Source of the DNA: the human T2T-CHM13v2.0 reference genome, Homo sapiens
Strand: one strand, 5' to 3'
NCBI RefSeq assembly: GCF_009914755.1
Contig: NC_060926.1
Length of the DNA: 64,000 nt
Under the pieces are notes generated by a model. It was not told where the DNA came from. It worked only from the letters and a program-made list of their open reading frames with translations, and searched no databases. The stretch's first letter is position 1. Every line of letters starts with the position of its first letter. The position numbers were made by a program, and so were the translations under genes. This document shows positions 1 through 14,258 of this stretch, in pieces.

Positions 1-429
1 TTTTAAACTTTAAACTTTCCATTTAGAAATTGCTCAAGCAAAGACTGAACGATGCATACATTACAGAAGTCTCACACCACACGTAAAGTGAGATAAGAAC
101 TTAAACTATCATCAAGAATAAAATACATGAAGCCAATGAAAAAGCCTGAAATCTTATCCAGGATCAATGAAACACTTGAAGAAGTGTAAAAGGCAAGCAT
201 AAAAATTTTTTTTTTGGTTTTGTTTGGTTACGTACACTTCTACAACCCCAACAGTTAAGTGTTGTTTTTTTTTTTTTTTTTCTACTCTGTGCACTATCCC
301 CAGGAGACATAAGAGTTCTTAGCACATAACAGTAACAAAACAAATATTTGTTGAACAAATTAATACATACATACATTCTTGAATCATGTAATTCCCAAGG
401 AAGGGGGCACAATTGCCAATGAACATAAA

Positions 430-900
430 CAGGCACTAAAATTGTTAAAGTGCCACTACAAAATACAACCTCAAAAGTAATTCAGCAGATAAAATCAATG
501 AAAAAACTACGTCACACAATAACACAAATGAAAAGATACTATAAATTATGCACATTTAAATGGTTAACGAGGTGAAGGAAGATATAGCAATAGCAGTGAA
601 AGGAGAATTATATTTTGTATGTTGGTAAAAGTAGAACTACAGTAATAAAATTTAGCCATCTGAATTTGAAAAACACTCAGTGGATTTTAAATTACAGATT
701 AGGCACAGCTGAAAAAGAACTGGTAAACTGGAAGGCAGAGTTGAAGAAATTATTTTAAAAAAAGAAATTAGGAAGAAAGTTTACAAGTGGAAAATACAAT
801 TAAAACGTCATATATACTATTAACAGAAATTCCAGAGAGAGTATAGTAATGATAATGATAACAATGATAATAAAAGCTTTTGAGAATTTAAAAACAAGGG
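430..900 (+). mobile_element. Ancient L1M ORF1-region fragment
   Basis: A-rich degenerate L1 ORF1-like sequence (cagattaggcacagctgaaaaagaactggtaaactggaaggcag, atactattaacagaaattccaga); no ORF remains. Confidence 0.55.
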
Positions 901-1121
901 GCAATGCTTTTACTTCTATTAAGAAGTCTAATTCAGATGAACTCTCCTAACTGAAGACAAACGAAAAGAAGAATCTTGTCAAAATACAGCTTAGAAAACT
1001 TCTATAAAAGCATAAAAGGTCTAATACAATAATGAAAATTAACTGGCCATGATTAGGAAGAGGACAGAAATGCAAATATGTGACCTAGGCATTTAGAACA
1101 TTAAATATAGATAGAAAGGTT

Positions 1122-1172
<51 letters not shown>

Positions 1173-1176
1173 GATA
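1122..1176 (+). repeat. (GATA)12-GAT-GATA tetranucleotide microsatellite
   Basis: 12 perfect GATA units at 1122-1169 then GAT GATA; abuts a short L1MA-like 3' end fragment on the minus strand (about 1177-1230). Confidence 0.97.
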
Positions 1177-1297
1177 GGGTATGCAACATGATGTTTTAAT
1201 GTACATATAAAGTGAAATGATTACTACAGTGTCTGAGGCACTTTAGTCTTGTTAGCATTTGATATTAACAGATAAAGTTCCTAAAAGGCTGGAATAT

Positions 1298-1329
1298 TTG
1301 TGTGTGTGTGTGTGCATGTGTGTGTGTGT
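1298..1329 (+). repeat. Interrupted (TG)n microsatellite
   Basis: Read directly from the sequence. Confidence 0.9.
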
Positions 1330-1659
1330 TGAGGAGTGGCATGTAAAATTTAAGAGACTTTATTAAATCATAGTTTTGGACCCTGAAAGGTATACCTTGA
1401 GTAAGATTAAGGCCATACTTATGCAGAACATCCAAGTCTGCAGTTTAAATACCACTTTTTAACCTATAGATCACAATTCCTAAAATTTGAGCAGAATAAT
1501 CCTGAAGTACCCCAGATCTATGCAAATGCAGACATTTCTTAGCATCATCTTTGGCCTAAGAATATTAACTCAGTACTTTTAAAAACAATGTTCAGTACAC
1601 AAAGATAATTAGATGCCCAAGAATCAGAAACAACCAGCAGCTTATTCTACTGAAAAAGA

Positions 1660-3140
1660 TGGTGGCAAGGTCCTTTCATCTGTAACAGAATTATACATAA
1701 TTTTAAAAAAAAGCTCCTGGTATAGTATTCGTGTCCTTCTAGAGACAGAACACCTTGTTGTAGAATATCAAGTGACCATGTAACCAGAAATGCTTATGAT
1801 GAGCAAGATTCTGTCAGATCCATTAAATCTTAAATGTAGAAGACCTGGAAGCTATCCCTTATAGTGTGAAAGTGGTCCTGCCAGGACTGAGCAAGAATTT
1901 AAATTGCACTGCTATAAATAAATAAAGAACCAAAGGGCCCAAGAAAGCCAAATCATCCAGCTTTTATCATTAATAATTTTAGTGTAGACACAATGGACTA
2001 ATGAGTGAAGTAACCATTCTAAAAAACGTGGAGGCTATGCATGAGTCCAACATAAATGGCTTCTAGTCACTAAGACCAATCTAACTACTGGTTTTGCAAA
2101 ATGTAGTGTGTACCCACAATGGAGATGAGTGTTGATCTTCAGGTACAATATCATCCATCAAGGAGACCAATTAGTCACGTTTTAGAGGTTAAATTACTTT
2201 AGATCCATTTCATTATGGAAAAGGAAGTAATTAATCTTTAATCAACACAAATTACAGGTATGAGTCAATCTTCACTGCGCACAGGACCTTAGCCAGCACC
2301 GCTTCTGAAGAGCATCCAGAGACCAAAAGACTCAGTTTAAAACAAAGGACCCACAGGAATGAATACATTACCATAACAATTACTGTCTCTATCCTATAGC
2401 ACACCACTTGAAGACGACAACCTGGTAGAATGAAGGAGCCATCTTTTGAAGACTCAGCTGAGTCATTAACTTGAACATGATATTCTATAAAAATAGGACA
2501 CTATCCTCCAGGACATAGAATATACCCGAAATATATAACCTCTATATGGTTCTTTCAGCAATATATAAAACAGATGGGTTTGGGAGCAAAAGGAATAGAC
2601 TGATTTACAATCATTCCTAGTGACACATTTGGAGAATGTTTGAATTCTCTCCCTGCCACTCTAGGCTCTGCTGGCCTAAAGTTTCTGTTTTCCAGAAAGG
2701 GAATTTTTCTGCCAGGAGAAACAGAGTCTTCTTTAAATTGTGGCTGCTACAATTTAAAGTGTGGCTGTCACTCCAGTCTTCCTATTTCAAAAGTTCAGCA
2801 AGCATGGTCATTGACCCTCACTATCAGGAGGGTTTAGGACTCTTACCTCCTTGTGGCAGGAAAAAGTATGTTCGGCCAATAGTTATTTGGCTGGTTGATA
2901 CACTAGAGAGTCCCTTGGCCCTTTCCTAACCATGACAATAAATGAATAGATACAGTAGTGATGGTCTGGGAAGAGCATGCTGACCACAGATTCAGAATCC
3001 TCACTCATAAGTGTCTGGGTTATTTCATGTTAAGATTCCTAGAGCAGCAGAAATCCTAGCTAAGGGGGAAGGGACTCTAGAGTAGGTAATATGGTAAGAA
3101 GATAATGAGTATCAGTTGTGGCCTTGAGAAAAGTTGCAGT
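1660..3140 (+). mobile_element. ERVL (HERV16/ERV3-16-like) internal remnant: RT-connection/RNase H, integrase and dUTPase, degenerate
   Basis: Resembles ERVL pol (ggaggctatgcatgagtccaaca; ttttgaagactcagctg). ORF fragments LPATLGSAGLKFLFSRKGIFLPGET and VIDPHYQEGLGLL resemble the ERVL dUTPase that follows integrase. Many stops and deletions. Confidence 0.8.
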
Positions 3141-3219
3141 GCACTGGTCTTAGAGGAGGTTTTTCCAGATAAAGCTTACTATTTATTTAAAATAAGTGGT
3201 CCTGAGTAGAGAGGCCTCA

Positions 3220-3612
3220 AGTGGATGCTGTGAGTGCATTGCCTGAATATTCCTAATCACTCATCCTCCAATGGCTGAGGGTGATGGTTGCTGATGAAAA
3301 ATGCTGTCTCGTTCAAGGTTATACCCTTTTCCCAGGAGAAGCCTACATCCAATGACTGGTTGTTACAGGGAGATAAAGACTTGACCCATTTGCCTCTGTT
3401 GGGGCTATGTCTGAAAGCTATGCCATACTCAGAGCGAGCTAAGTGACTAGCTAATGACAATGTTGCAATTTCATGAGAGTTCACTGCCTCCCTCTGCCCA
3501 ATCCTGTTCTCTTGCTCTCTAAAAGGAGTTATTTTCAAAAGTGACTCCTAGTAAGCCTCTTGCATGAAGTTCTTTGAGTATCAGAGTCTGTTCTCTAGGG
3601 TCAGGTGGCCAC
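3220..3612 (+). mobile_element. LTR16A-like 3' LTR (ERVL)
   Basis: gtggatgctgtgagtgc start; ccaatgactggt; ccctctgcccaatcctg; tcagagtctg near the end; lies directly 3' of the ERVL internal remnant. Confidence 0.7.
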
Positions 3613-3769
3613 AGTTATACCTTAAAACAAAAATAATTCAAAACTCAAGCTAGAACTAGAATATTAAACAAAAATACTATGGATTTGGAAAGTATAATAA
3701 CTGGCTTTAATGAATCCTAAATTCTTTTTATAATTTAGTTAGAAAATATAAACTGAAGACCTTAGATTT

Positions 3770-4530
3770 TTTAAATTAAATATTGATATAATAAATTTTG
3801 TCAAAATTAAGAACCTCTGCTACATAAAATAAACTGTTAGGAGAATGTGAAGACAAATCATAGACTGGGGAAAAGTATTTGCAAATCACATATCTGATAA
3901 AGGACTCCTACTTAAACTATTTAAAACATTAAACTCAATTAGAAAACACAATCCAATAAAAATACACAAAAATTTAATAGACACTTCAGGAACAAAAAAT
4001 TATGGATAGCAAATAAGCAAATGAGAAAACATTTGGCATCATTAATCATTAGAGAAATGCAAATTAAACCTATAATGAAATACTAGTACACACCACACCA
4101 ACAGAATTTTTAAAATTAAAAATACTAATCACACTGAGTGTCTGTAAGGATCCACTGGAACTTTAATACACTGCTGACTGGAATATAAAATGAAAAAAAA
4201 ACAGCTTAATAGTTTCTTATAAAGTTAATCATATATCAACCCTGTGACATAACCATTCCATTCCTAGGTATTTGCCCAAAAGAAATAAAAGCATATGCCC
4301 ATACAAAAACTTGTAAATGAATATTTACTCATAGGAACTTTATTACTGAAAACTCAAAACTAGAACAACCCAAATTTCACCAACAGGTAAGTGAATAAAG
4401 AAGTTGTAGTATATACATACAATTTAATACTAACAGTATAAAGAAATAAACTCTTATTGATGCTCATGACAGCATGAATAAATCTCAAAATTATTTTCCC
4501 GATATATGATATAATAAGGATTACAGAATA
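3770..4530 (+). mobile_element. Old L1M (L1MC/ME-like) ORF2 end and 3'UTR, left part
   Basis: atttgcaaatcacatatctgataaaggact; attagagaaatgcaaattaaa; attccattcctaggtatttgcccaaaagaaataaaagc. Confidence 0.8.
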
Positions 4531-6917
4531 CAGCTATACCTTGGTTATATTGCAGGTTTGGTTCCAAACCACTGTAATAAAGTGAGTATCACAATAAAGC
4601 AAGTCACACACATTTTTGGTTTTCTACTTCTTATAAAAGGTACATTTACACTACAGTGTAATCTATGCACAATAGCAATATGTTCATAAAAACTAGGTAC
4701 ATAATTAAAATATTTTAATCTTAAAATGCTAATGATCATATGAGCCTTCAGTAAGTCATAATCATTGTGATGGTGGAAGGTCGTGACTTCATGTTGATGG
4801 CTGCTAATGATCAGCGTGGTGATTGCTAAAGGTTGGAGTGACTGTGGCAATTATTAAAATATTAATAACATAACAATGAAGTTTGTCACATTGACTCTTC
4901 CTTTCACAAAAGATTTCTCTGTAGTATATGATGCTGCTAGATGATATTTTACTTTCAGTAGAACTTCTTTCAAAATTGGAGTCAATCTTCTCACATATTT
5001 CCACTGATTTATCAACTAAGTTTATGTAATATTCTCAAGCCTTTTTTTGTCGTTTCAACAATGTTCACAGCATGTTCATCAGAAGTAGATGGAATAGATG
5101 TTATCTCAAGAAACCATTTTCTTTATTCATATATAAATAACTCGTCATTGGTTAAAGTTTGATCATGAGATTACAGCAATTCGGTCCCATTTCAGGCTCC
5201 ACTTCTAATTCTAGTTCTCTTGCTACTTCCACCACATCTGCATTTACTTCCTCCACTGAGGTCTTTAACCCCTTAAAGTCAGCAGGAGGACTGGAACTGA
5301 CTTCTTTCAAATTCCTGTTAATGTTGATATTTCGACCTCCTTCCATGGATTATGAGTGTTGAATCCTTTCTAGAACGATGAACATTTTTCAGGTTTTCTG
5401 TTTACTTTTCCCAGATTCATCAGAGGAATTACTATGTTAATGATAACCTTACCAAAAGTATATCTTAAATAATAAGATTGGAAAGTCAAAATTACTCCTT
5501 GATCCATGGGCTGAAGAATGGATAATTTGCTAATAGGCATGAGAACAACGTTAATCTCTTTGTATATCTCCATCAGAGCTCTTGGGTTACCAAATGCATT
5601 GTCAATAAGCAGTAATATTTTGAAAGACATCTTTTTTTCTGAACAGTAGGTCTCAACAGTGGGCTTAGAATACTCAGTAAACCATGCTGTGAACAGATGT
5701 GCTGTCATCCAGGCTTTGTTGTTTTATTTATAGAGTAGAGGTAGAGAAGATTTGGCATAATTCTTTAAGACCCTAGGATTTTGGGAATGACAAATAAGCA
5801 CTGGCTTCGATTTAAAGTCACCAGCTACAGTAGCCCCTAATAAGAAAGTCAGCCTATTCTTTGAATCTTTGAAGCCAGGCATTGGCTTCTCCTCTCTAGC
5901 CACTAAAGCCTTAGAAGGCATCTTCTTCCAACAGAAGACTGTTTCATGTACACTGAAAATCTGTGGTTTAGTGTAGCCGTATTCATCAATTATCTTAGGT
6001 CGATCTTCTGGTTAACTTGCTACAACTTCTCCATCAGCACTTGCTGCCTCACCTTGTATTTTTATGTTATAAAGATGGCTTTTTCCCCCTTAAACCTCAT
6101 GAACGAATCTCTGCTAGATTCCAATTTTTCTTAGGCAGCTTCTTCACCTCTTTCAACCTTCACAGACTTGAAGGCACTGATTTGGATTAGGTTTGGGTTC
6201 AAGGAAATGCTGTTGCTGGTTCGATCTATCCAGACCACTCAAACTTACTCCACATCAGCAGCAAGGCTGTTTCACTTTCTATTATTTGTGTGTTCCCTGG
6301 AGTAGGATTTTAATTTTCTTCAAGAACTTCTTTGCATTCACAACCTCCTTAACAGTTTGATGCAAGAGGCCTTGCTTTCAACCTATCTTGGGTTAAAACA
6401 TGTCTTCCTCACTAACCTTAATCATTTTTTCTAGCTTTTGATTTGAAGCACAAGAGGTGTGACTCCTCCTTTCACTTGAATCCTTAGAGGCAGGCCATTG
6501 TAAGGTTATTAATTGGCCTCATTTCAATACTGTTGTGTCTCAGATACTAGGAAGGTCCAAAGAGAGGCAGAGAGATAAGAGAACAGCTGGTCAATGGAGC
6601 AGTCAGTACACACACAACATTCATTGATTATGTTTGCTGTCTTATATGGGCATGGTTTGTGGTGTCCTAAATCAATTACAATGGTAACATCAAATATTAC
6701 TGATCAAAGATCACCATAATAGGTATAATAATAATGAAAAAGTTTGAAATATTGTAAGAATTACCAAAATGTGACACAGAGGCAAGAAGTGAGCACATGC
6801 TGTTGGAAAATGGTGCTGATAGACTTGCTTGACACACGGCGTTGCTACAGACGTTCAATTTGTAAAAACACACTATCTGTGAATCACAATAAAGTGCAAT
6901 AAAATAGGGTATGTATG
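4531..6917 (-). mobile_element. Tigger1 DNA transposon, near full length (about 2.39 kb), transposase pseudogene
   Basis: Both TIRs recognisable (cagctataccttgg... at 4531; ...gcaataaaatagggtatgtatg at 6917); TA on both sides. ORF fragments 5724-5921, 5370-5708, 5152-5346 and 4804-5004 give pogo/DDE transposase peptides ([30 protein letters not shown]). Confidence 0.95.
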
Positions 6918-7150
6918 TATATGCTACATGACAATATTCGCGTAACATCTCAAAAATAAAATTAATCTATATGACAGAAACCAAGTGTTGTTTGGGATGA
7001 AAAGAAGACAGGGGCAATAGGCAGGGAATGTAAAAAGGTAGAAGAAAACTTTTTGGTAAAATAGATATGTTTATTTTCTTAATTATGATGATTTGATGAG
7101 TGTTTCTTGTAAAACTGTATGCCTTAAGTATTAATTCAACTAAATACAAA
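6918..7150 (+). mobile_element. Old L1M 3'UTR, right part (continues after Tigger1)
   Basis: attaatctatatgacagaaacc and aaaacttttggtaaaatagatatgt continue the L1M 3'UTR interrupted at 4530. Confidence 0.6.
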
Positions 7151-8516
7151 ATCAAAATTAAAATATATTTAATTTAAAATTTTAATTTAATTTATAATTC
7201 AGCTAATGTGTGCAAGATTGTATGCATATATGTATGGGTGTGTATATAGATATGCATATGTGAGAACTTTTGCAAAATCGGAAGACTTACAAAATTTATT
7301 CACACTCTCAATCTACTTAAACCTCCACAGATTTCTCTAATTAGGAAACTTTCTGGTAGTAGGGAGGAGATATATTTTTAACTGTTGACCTCTTGCGGAC
7401 TCAGGGTTTTGAATTTAGGATCCTCAGAATGGTATCTGAAAAGTTATCTCGTGTTCACTTTCCTCACTCTTTTTTTCAGCTGGAGCAAAGGACACAGCAA
7501 AACATAACTCCTTTATTTCTTTGCCAAGGAAGATCTTACATAGACTGATACATTTTTTGAATTAACTAAGCAATTACTTACTGAGCCACAAGTACATGCT
7601 AGATACAGGCAAAATATGAGAGAGATTAAAGAATAGTGTCTTAAATTTTCGAGTGGGTTTTTAACTTTATGTAGTATGGAGAATTAAAAGGAAGACATAG
7701 AAACATCTTAATAGCAAGAACAGTTTTGTGTGTTTGGCCTAAGGATGGTCCATAAAGAGAATGGATGCTTTTCTTCTCTGAGTTCTGCTTCTCCTTCCTT
7801 CCAGTCCATAATACTCTCCTCTGATTGCTACTCTATCCTTCCCATATTTGGCACTGGTGGTTTCCACAGTGTAGAGATTACTGTGTGCCAAAGTGTGGGT
7901 TTATTGCTCTCAGCTGACCTGAGCATTTGCTCCTACGTCTTTATCTAAAAGACTGTGCAACAGTTTTGTTTGCAACTTTCCACCAAAGATACCGTCTCCT
8001 AACCTGTTTTAGGCATAATATTTAACAAAACAATCAATGATCTTGAATGTTGGGTTGCCTTCTGTTTCTTAATAGCTCTGACAAAATTGTTGATATTTCC
8101 TACTGATTTATTGCTGCTTTTAGGGATTGGTTTAACCTAATAGAATACTCTTGTTCCCAACTGAGCGAAATAACTTTTGAGTGAGGAGAGACTTTTGAAG
8201 GGCAGTTGTCTTGCACAGATAAGATTGATTGGCTTTTCCTCAAGCAGGAAACCATGATCATTAAATTCTATTATTGTTTTTTTTTCTGAAACTGATAAAT
8301 TAACAAATTAAACTAAATAACTAATTATCTAAGACATGCAGTACATGAAATTACATAAACAAACAACTAGAAAAAAGTAAACATGTTCAGTCAGCTAAGA
8401 AGAGGTTTCTGATTTAAAATGAAATTATTTTAAATATACTGTGAAATAACTCTTCTCTCACTATAGGATATTTTAAATCAGTGGCTGAGAATGTCTTTCT
8501 TGAAAGTTAAATTTTT

Positions 8517-8836
8517 GGCTGGGTGGGGAGGCTCATGCTTGTAATACCAGCACTTTGGGCGGCAGAGGTGGGAGGATTGCTTGAGACCAGGAGTTTCGGA
8601 CCAGTCTGGGCAACATAGCAATACGAAAAAAAAAAAAAAAATAGCAGGGGGGCATGGTGGCTATGCCTATAGTCCCAGCCACTGGGTTTATGTGTGTGTT
8701 GGGGAATGGGGTGTTGTGGTGGAAACTGAGGCAGGAAGATCCCTTGAGCCCGAGAGTTCTAGGCTGCACTGTGCCACAACCTGGAAGACAAAATGAGACT
8801 TTGTCTGAAAAAATGTTAAAAATGTATTTTTTAAAA
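8517..8836 (+). mobile_element. AluJ-like SINE with a G/T-rich insertion and a right-arm deletion
   Basis: ggaggattgcttgagaccaggagtt, gggcaacatagc (AluJ diagnostics); TSD aaagttaaatt at 8503-8513 and 8837-8847. Confidence 0.9.
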
Positions 8837-9030
8837 AAAGTTAAATTGTTTTTCAGTTTTCATTTAAAAACAACTCTTCCTCATCTCCTTTCCTTTATAG
8901 ACTATTGTTCAATTGACAGAGGTCTTTTTTAGTTGCTGTGGTAACAAAAATTAGGTCTGCATTAAAACTGTAGGGAGTAAAATTAGTCAAAGTTTTATAG
9001 AAGTTTTACAGTTTTATAAAACTCTCCTTA

Positions 9031-9425
<395 letters not shown>

Positions 9426-9510
9426 TCAATAGAACAAGATATTCTTATGAAAAAAATAACACTGTTTGACATATTAAGGCGATGGGTAACATCAAAGAAG
9501 GGTTGGAAGT

Positions 9511-10084
9511 TGTCACAAACCCCATGGTGAGGCTAAATCTACCCTGCTTGGGGAAGTTGATACTGTACTGGGCTTGTAACCCAAGGTCCCCGACTCTTCA
9601 GGTGCACACTACGAAACAGTTAACATACCCGCTTGTAAACATTGTGCCTGGAGTTTCCATTGTTTCAAAAGGTTCCAGGAAGTCCTGACCACAAGAAGCC
9701 TAGCTATAGCAAAACAAAAATGGCTGGAACCAGAGATGCCTGAGTTAAAGATGAACTTTGGTGAACTCTCCACATTACCATGCCTAAACCTCCACCTGAG
9801 GAGAAGCTTATCTGCCATTTTTTGCACATGTTATGTCTGAAGAAACATGATTGGCAAATGCTCTTGCTCTGCCTTTGCCCCATTTTTATGTACAGTGACT
9901 TAGCTATCAAGAACAATAAAGGCCCCGCCTTCACCTTTGTTGGGGGAACATTGTTTTGGAAACGATCCCCAGTGTTCTCCTTACTTGTCACAAATAATAA
10001 AATACCCTTGCTAAATTCTACTTGGTTGTGATTACTGGGTAAATGCCTACCAAGTGACTGAAATCACCAGTTGTGTGTGTAGCA
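9511..10084 (+). mobile_element. Solo LTR of the ERVL MER73/MER74 group
   Basis: 3' end ...ctccttacttgtcacaaataataaaataccc...cttggttgtg...ccagttgtgtgtgtagca resembles MER73/74 termini; 5' boundary uncertain (9511-9564). Confidence 0.65.
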
Positions 10085-10744
10085 GGCTTTTCACAATTTT
10101 TTTCTGAGATGTTGGATGGATGGATGGACTGATGGAAACAGTTGTTTTATTTATTTGAGGACATGAATACGATACTATCTGTCATGGTATTTTTTGATTG
10201 GGATAATTTAAGGACTCAAGAAATAAGCATTTGCCTTACACTTTAACAGGTGAAAGTACGCAGTTAAGAAATTTCTACTCAAATCAGGTGCTAGTATAAC
10301 AATTTTATTGTATCACATGTGCTACCTCTTTGTGGGATATATACCAGACATGCATACCTACTCATTGTCTTGCAGCCATAATCCCTTTTGAGACTGTGTC
10401 ATCTCATTCATAACAATTATTCATGGAGTTCTTCAGCTCACCTCATGAGCTAGAAGACCAGACCTTACTCATTTTCCTGCTCAAAAGAAGATATACAAAG
10501 GTCCTCACAGTATTAGAAATACTATGAGAACACCATGGATTATATTATATCTGTAAATACATTTATAATACCATAATAAAATAATATATTTAGAAGCAAT
10601 TTGTGAATTTTAGAGCACTACACAAAATTTGCTATTATTATTTCTAATGCTGTTACTACCGTGGCTACTACTATGTAGTACTAATAAAGAGGTTCTGACT
10701 TTGATCCCAAACTTTGGGCCTTATGAAGACTAAGTATTATTATA

Positions 10745-11123
10745 CCTGTCCTTACTCATTTGTGGAACCTTAAAAGGTTGATTTCCTAGTAGAGAACAGA
10801 ATAGTGTTACCAGAACCCATGGAAATGGGGAGGAAAGGGGTAATAGGGAGAGGCTGGTCAACAGGTACAAAGTTATAGTTAGGAAGAAAAACTTCTGGTG
10901 TTCCATTACACAATAGGGTGACTGTAGTCAATATTAATGTACTGCATATTTCAAGATAGCTAGAAGGTTTTGAATGTTATCATCACAAAGAAATGAAACA
11001 CATTTAAAGTGATGGATGTGCTAATTAACCTAATTTGATAATTATAGAATATATACATGTATTGAAACATCAGACTATGCCCCATAAATATGTACAATTA
11101 GTATGTGTCAATAACAAATAAAA
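10745..11123 (+). mobile_element. L1MA (L1MA8/9-like) 3'UTR fragment
   Basis: tatttcaagatagctagaagg; gtgatggatgtgctaattaacctaatttgat; ccccataaatatgtacaatta. Confidence 0.85.
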
Positions 11124-11780
11124 TGAAACTTTAGAAATGAGAGCGTCATTTAATATCATAACTTAAAGTCAATGAAATGGATTTAATTCATGATATTTGT
11201 TTCATTTATAATATAGTATATTGATATATTTTTGTTTTGGTTTGGGGGATCACTTCATGTTTATAGACATCAGAGAAAATGACCTTGGAAAATATCATTA
11301 TCATATATTTTAATTTCCCCTAATTAATATCAGCATTGAATCTGGAATATAAAAGGCATATTAAACTATCTTTGAATGTGTCCACTTTTAAAATCTATTT
11401 CAATACATGTGCTTATGTATCTCAAATATCTAGGGAGCACTAGCAAATTTCTAAATTTATTTCACTATGTTTATTTTTCTCCCTAACTTCATGGGACTAA
11501 AAGTATTGTTTCATGAAATACGTATTAAAAAGATCACTCATTTTTGATCCTATGAATTTATCAGAAAAGGCATTTTTCTACAGGTAGAGGTTTTGAAAGG
11601 GTGAAATAAGTTTGGTAACATCTCCCTTTGAGAACGCATATGCAGTAGAGTTTTTTAATTAAAAAAACTTAAGTGCATGTCAAACTGGCTACTTAAAATT
11701 AACTTTGGGGACTTTTTGTAAAAGCAATAATCATCTTTTAACAATCCTTTTTAGAGTTTTAAAGTTTAATGCAAAAATCT

Positions 11781-12746
<966 letters not shown>

Positions 12747-13940
12747 TTAATGCAGAATTTCTAAGAAATAAGGTAAAACTTTATTTCTTTTGAGAACAAA
12801 GATTGTCAGACACTTTATTATTTATTAAACTGCAGACATTGCGAGAAGCAATGTTTTTATTATGCGTTTTTCTCAATGCAGATTGATTTATATCTATTCA
12901 TTGCAGTAGATTCTTTTAATGCCCTCTTGATCCTCTGGTTGTCTCTGTATTGTATAATTCAGTAGAAATTACCATAGAACCATGCTATGTATAATTATGG
13001 TTGAATCAATAGCCTGTAGAATGAACACATGAAAGCATTAAGGACATTATGATAATTTCAGGATTTGCCCAACTGTTCCTCTAGGTAGACAGGCCACTGC
13101 TGAAGTTTTCATCTGTACTGTGCCACCATGTTTTTCTGCAGTTAATGTGGAGGCTGTAAACTGAGCATGTCAGGGAGGTGTTTTAATGTGTCTGCTACCT
13201 CTGGATTCCAGATAGTACTTTTTTATGTCAAATAAAACCCTAGTAGGCTGTCGAGAAAACGTTAAAAAATCAAGGGTGAAATGATTATGTTTGCAATATG
13301 GTTCTTGAACATTGTTTTGAGTTGCCAGCTAGTAAAATTTGTACTGCAAATGTAGAGACATAAAAACAGTTCACATTCTTCAGTGCAGCTACAGATCTAA
13401 AATACGTAGAAACTTATTAACAGTGAATTCCAGTTGAAATTTTCAAAAACAAATTAAAACATACACATGTCATTTGTTTCTGTCTGTGTTTTAAAAAAAC
13501 TGAAATAATATTTCTTTTTTCTGATGAAATCCCAGGGCTTCCACTCCTGAGAAAAAAAGGAAGGAAATAGAATTCTGGGAGAGAAATAAGGATGAAGAAA
13601 TTGAGTGAGCCCAATTCCATGTCAGATAATTCTCTCCCTTTTTAAAATATCCAATTGTGTATAGCATGAGTTTTCACTTTCTAGATGCCTTCTTTCAGAC
13701 AGCTCTCTAAAACTTTGAAGAAAAACTGGATTTTTTGAAAGTTGCCTTTGAGAAATGTTCAGTTAAGTGAAATGTTATTGGATAAAGGAGGAAGATATAT
13801 TTTTTCCAGCATTGCGTATTAGCTAAAATGAAAAGAAGTGCAGAAGTTTGAGTTTTTATAGTTTGTTTTTCTACACCTATACTTTGCTTCTTTTGTAAAT
13901 CTGTCTCATATCCTCATTTTTTCCTCTCATACATGTAATA

Positions 13941-14258
13941 TAGTAGTTAGCTATATAATGATGTTTCAATGACAAAATGCATATACCATGGAAGTCCCAT
14001 ACAATTAAAATACCATATATTTCTGTGCCTTTTTTATGTTTAGATACAGAAATACAATTGACTGCAATATTCAGTATAGTAACATACTATTCAGGTTTAT
14101 ATCCCATGAGGAATAGGCTATACCATATAGCCAAGGTGCATAGTAGGCCATATCATCCAGATTTGAGTTAGAACAATCTATGATGGTCACACAATGATGA
14201 AAGTGCCTAATGACACATTTCTCAGAATATATCCTGGTTATCGAGCAACATATGATTG
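13941..14258 (+). mobile_element. Tigger3a (MER7A/Golem) MITE
   Basis: aataggctataccatatagcc; aatgacacatttctcagaatatatcc; TA on both flanks; about 320 bp. Confidence 0.85.

Noticed and set aside
4804-5921. Domesticated TIGD/CENP-B-like gene
   Set aside because: Frameshifts and stops throughout; flanked by TIRs as an ordinary Tigger1
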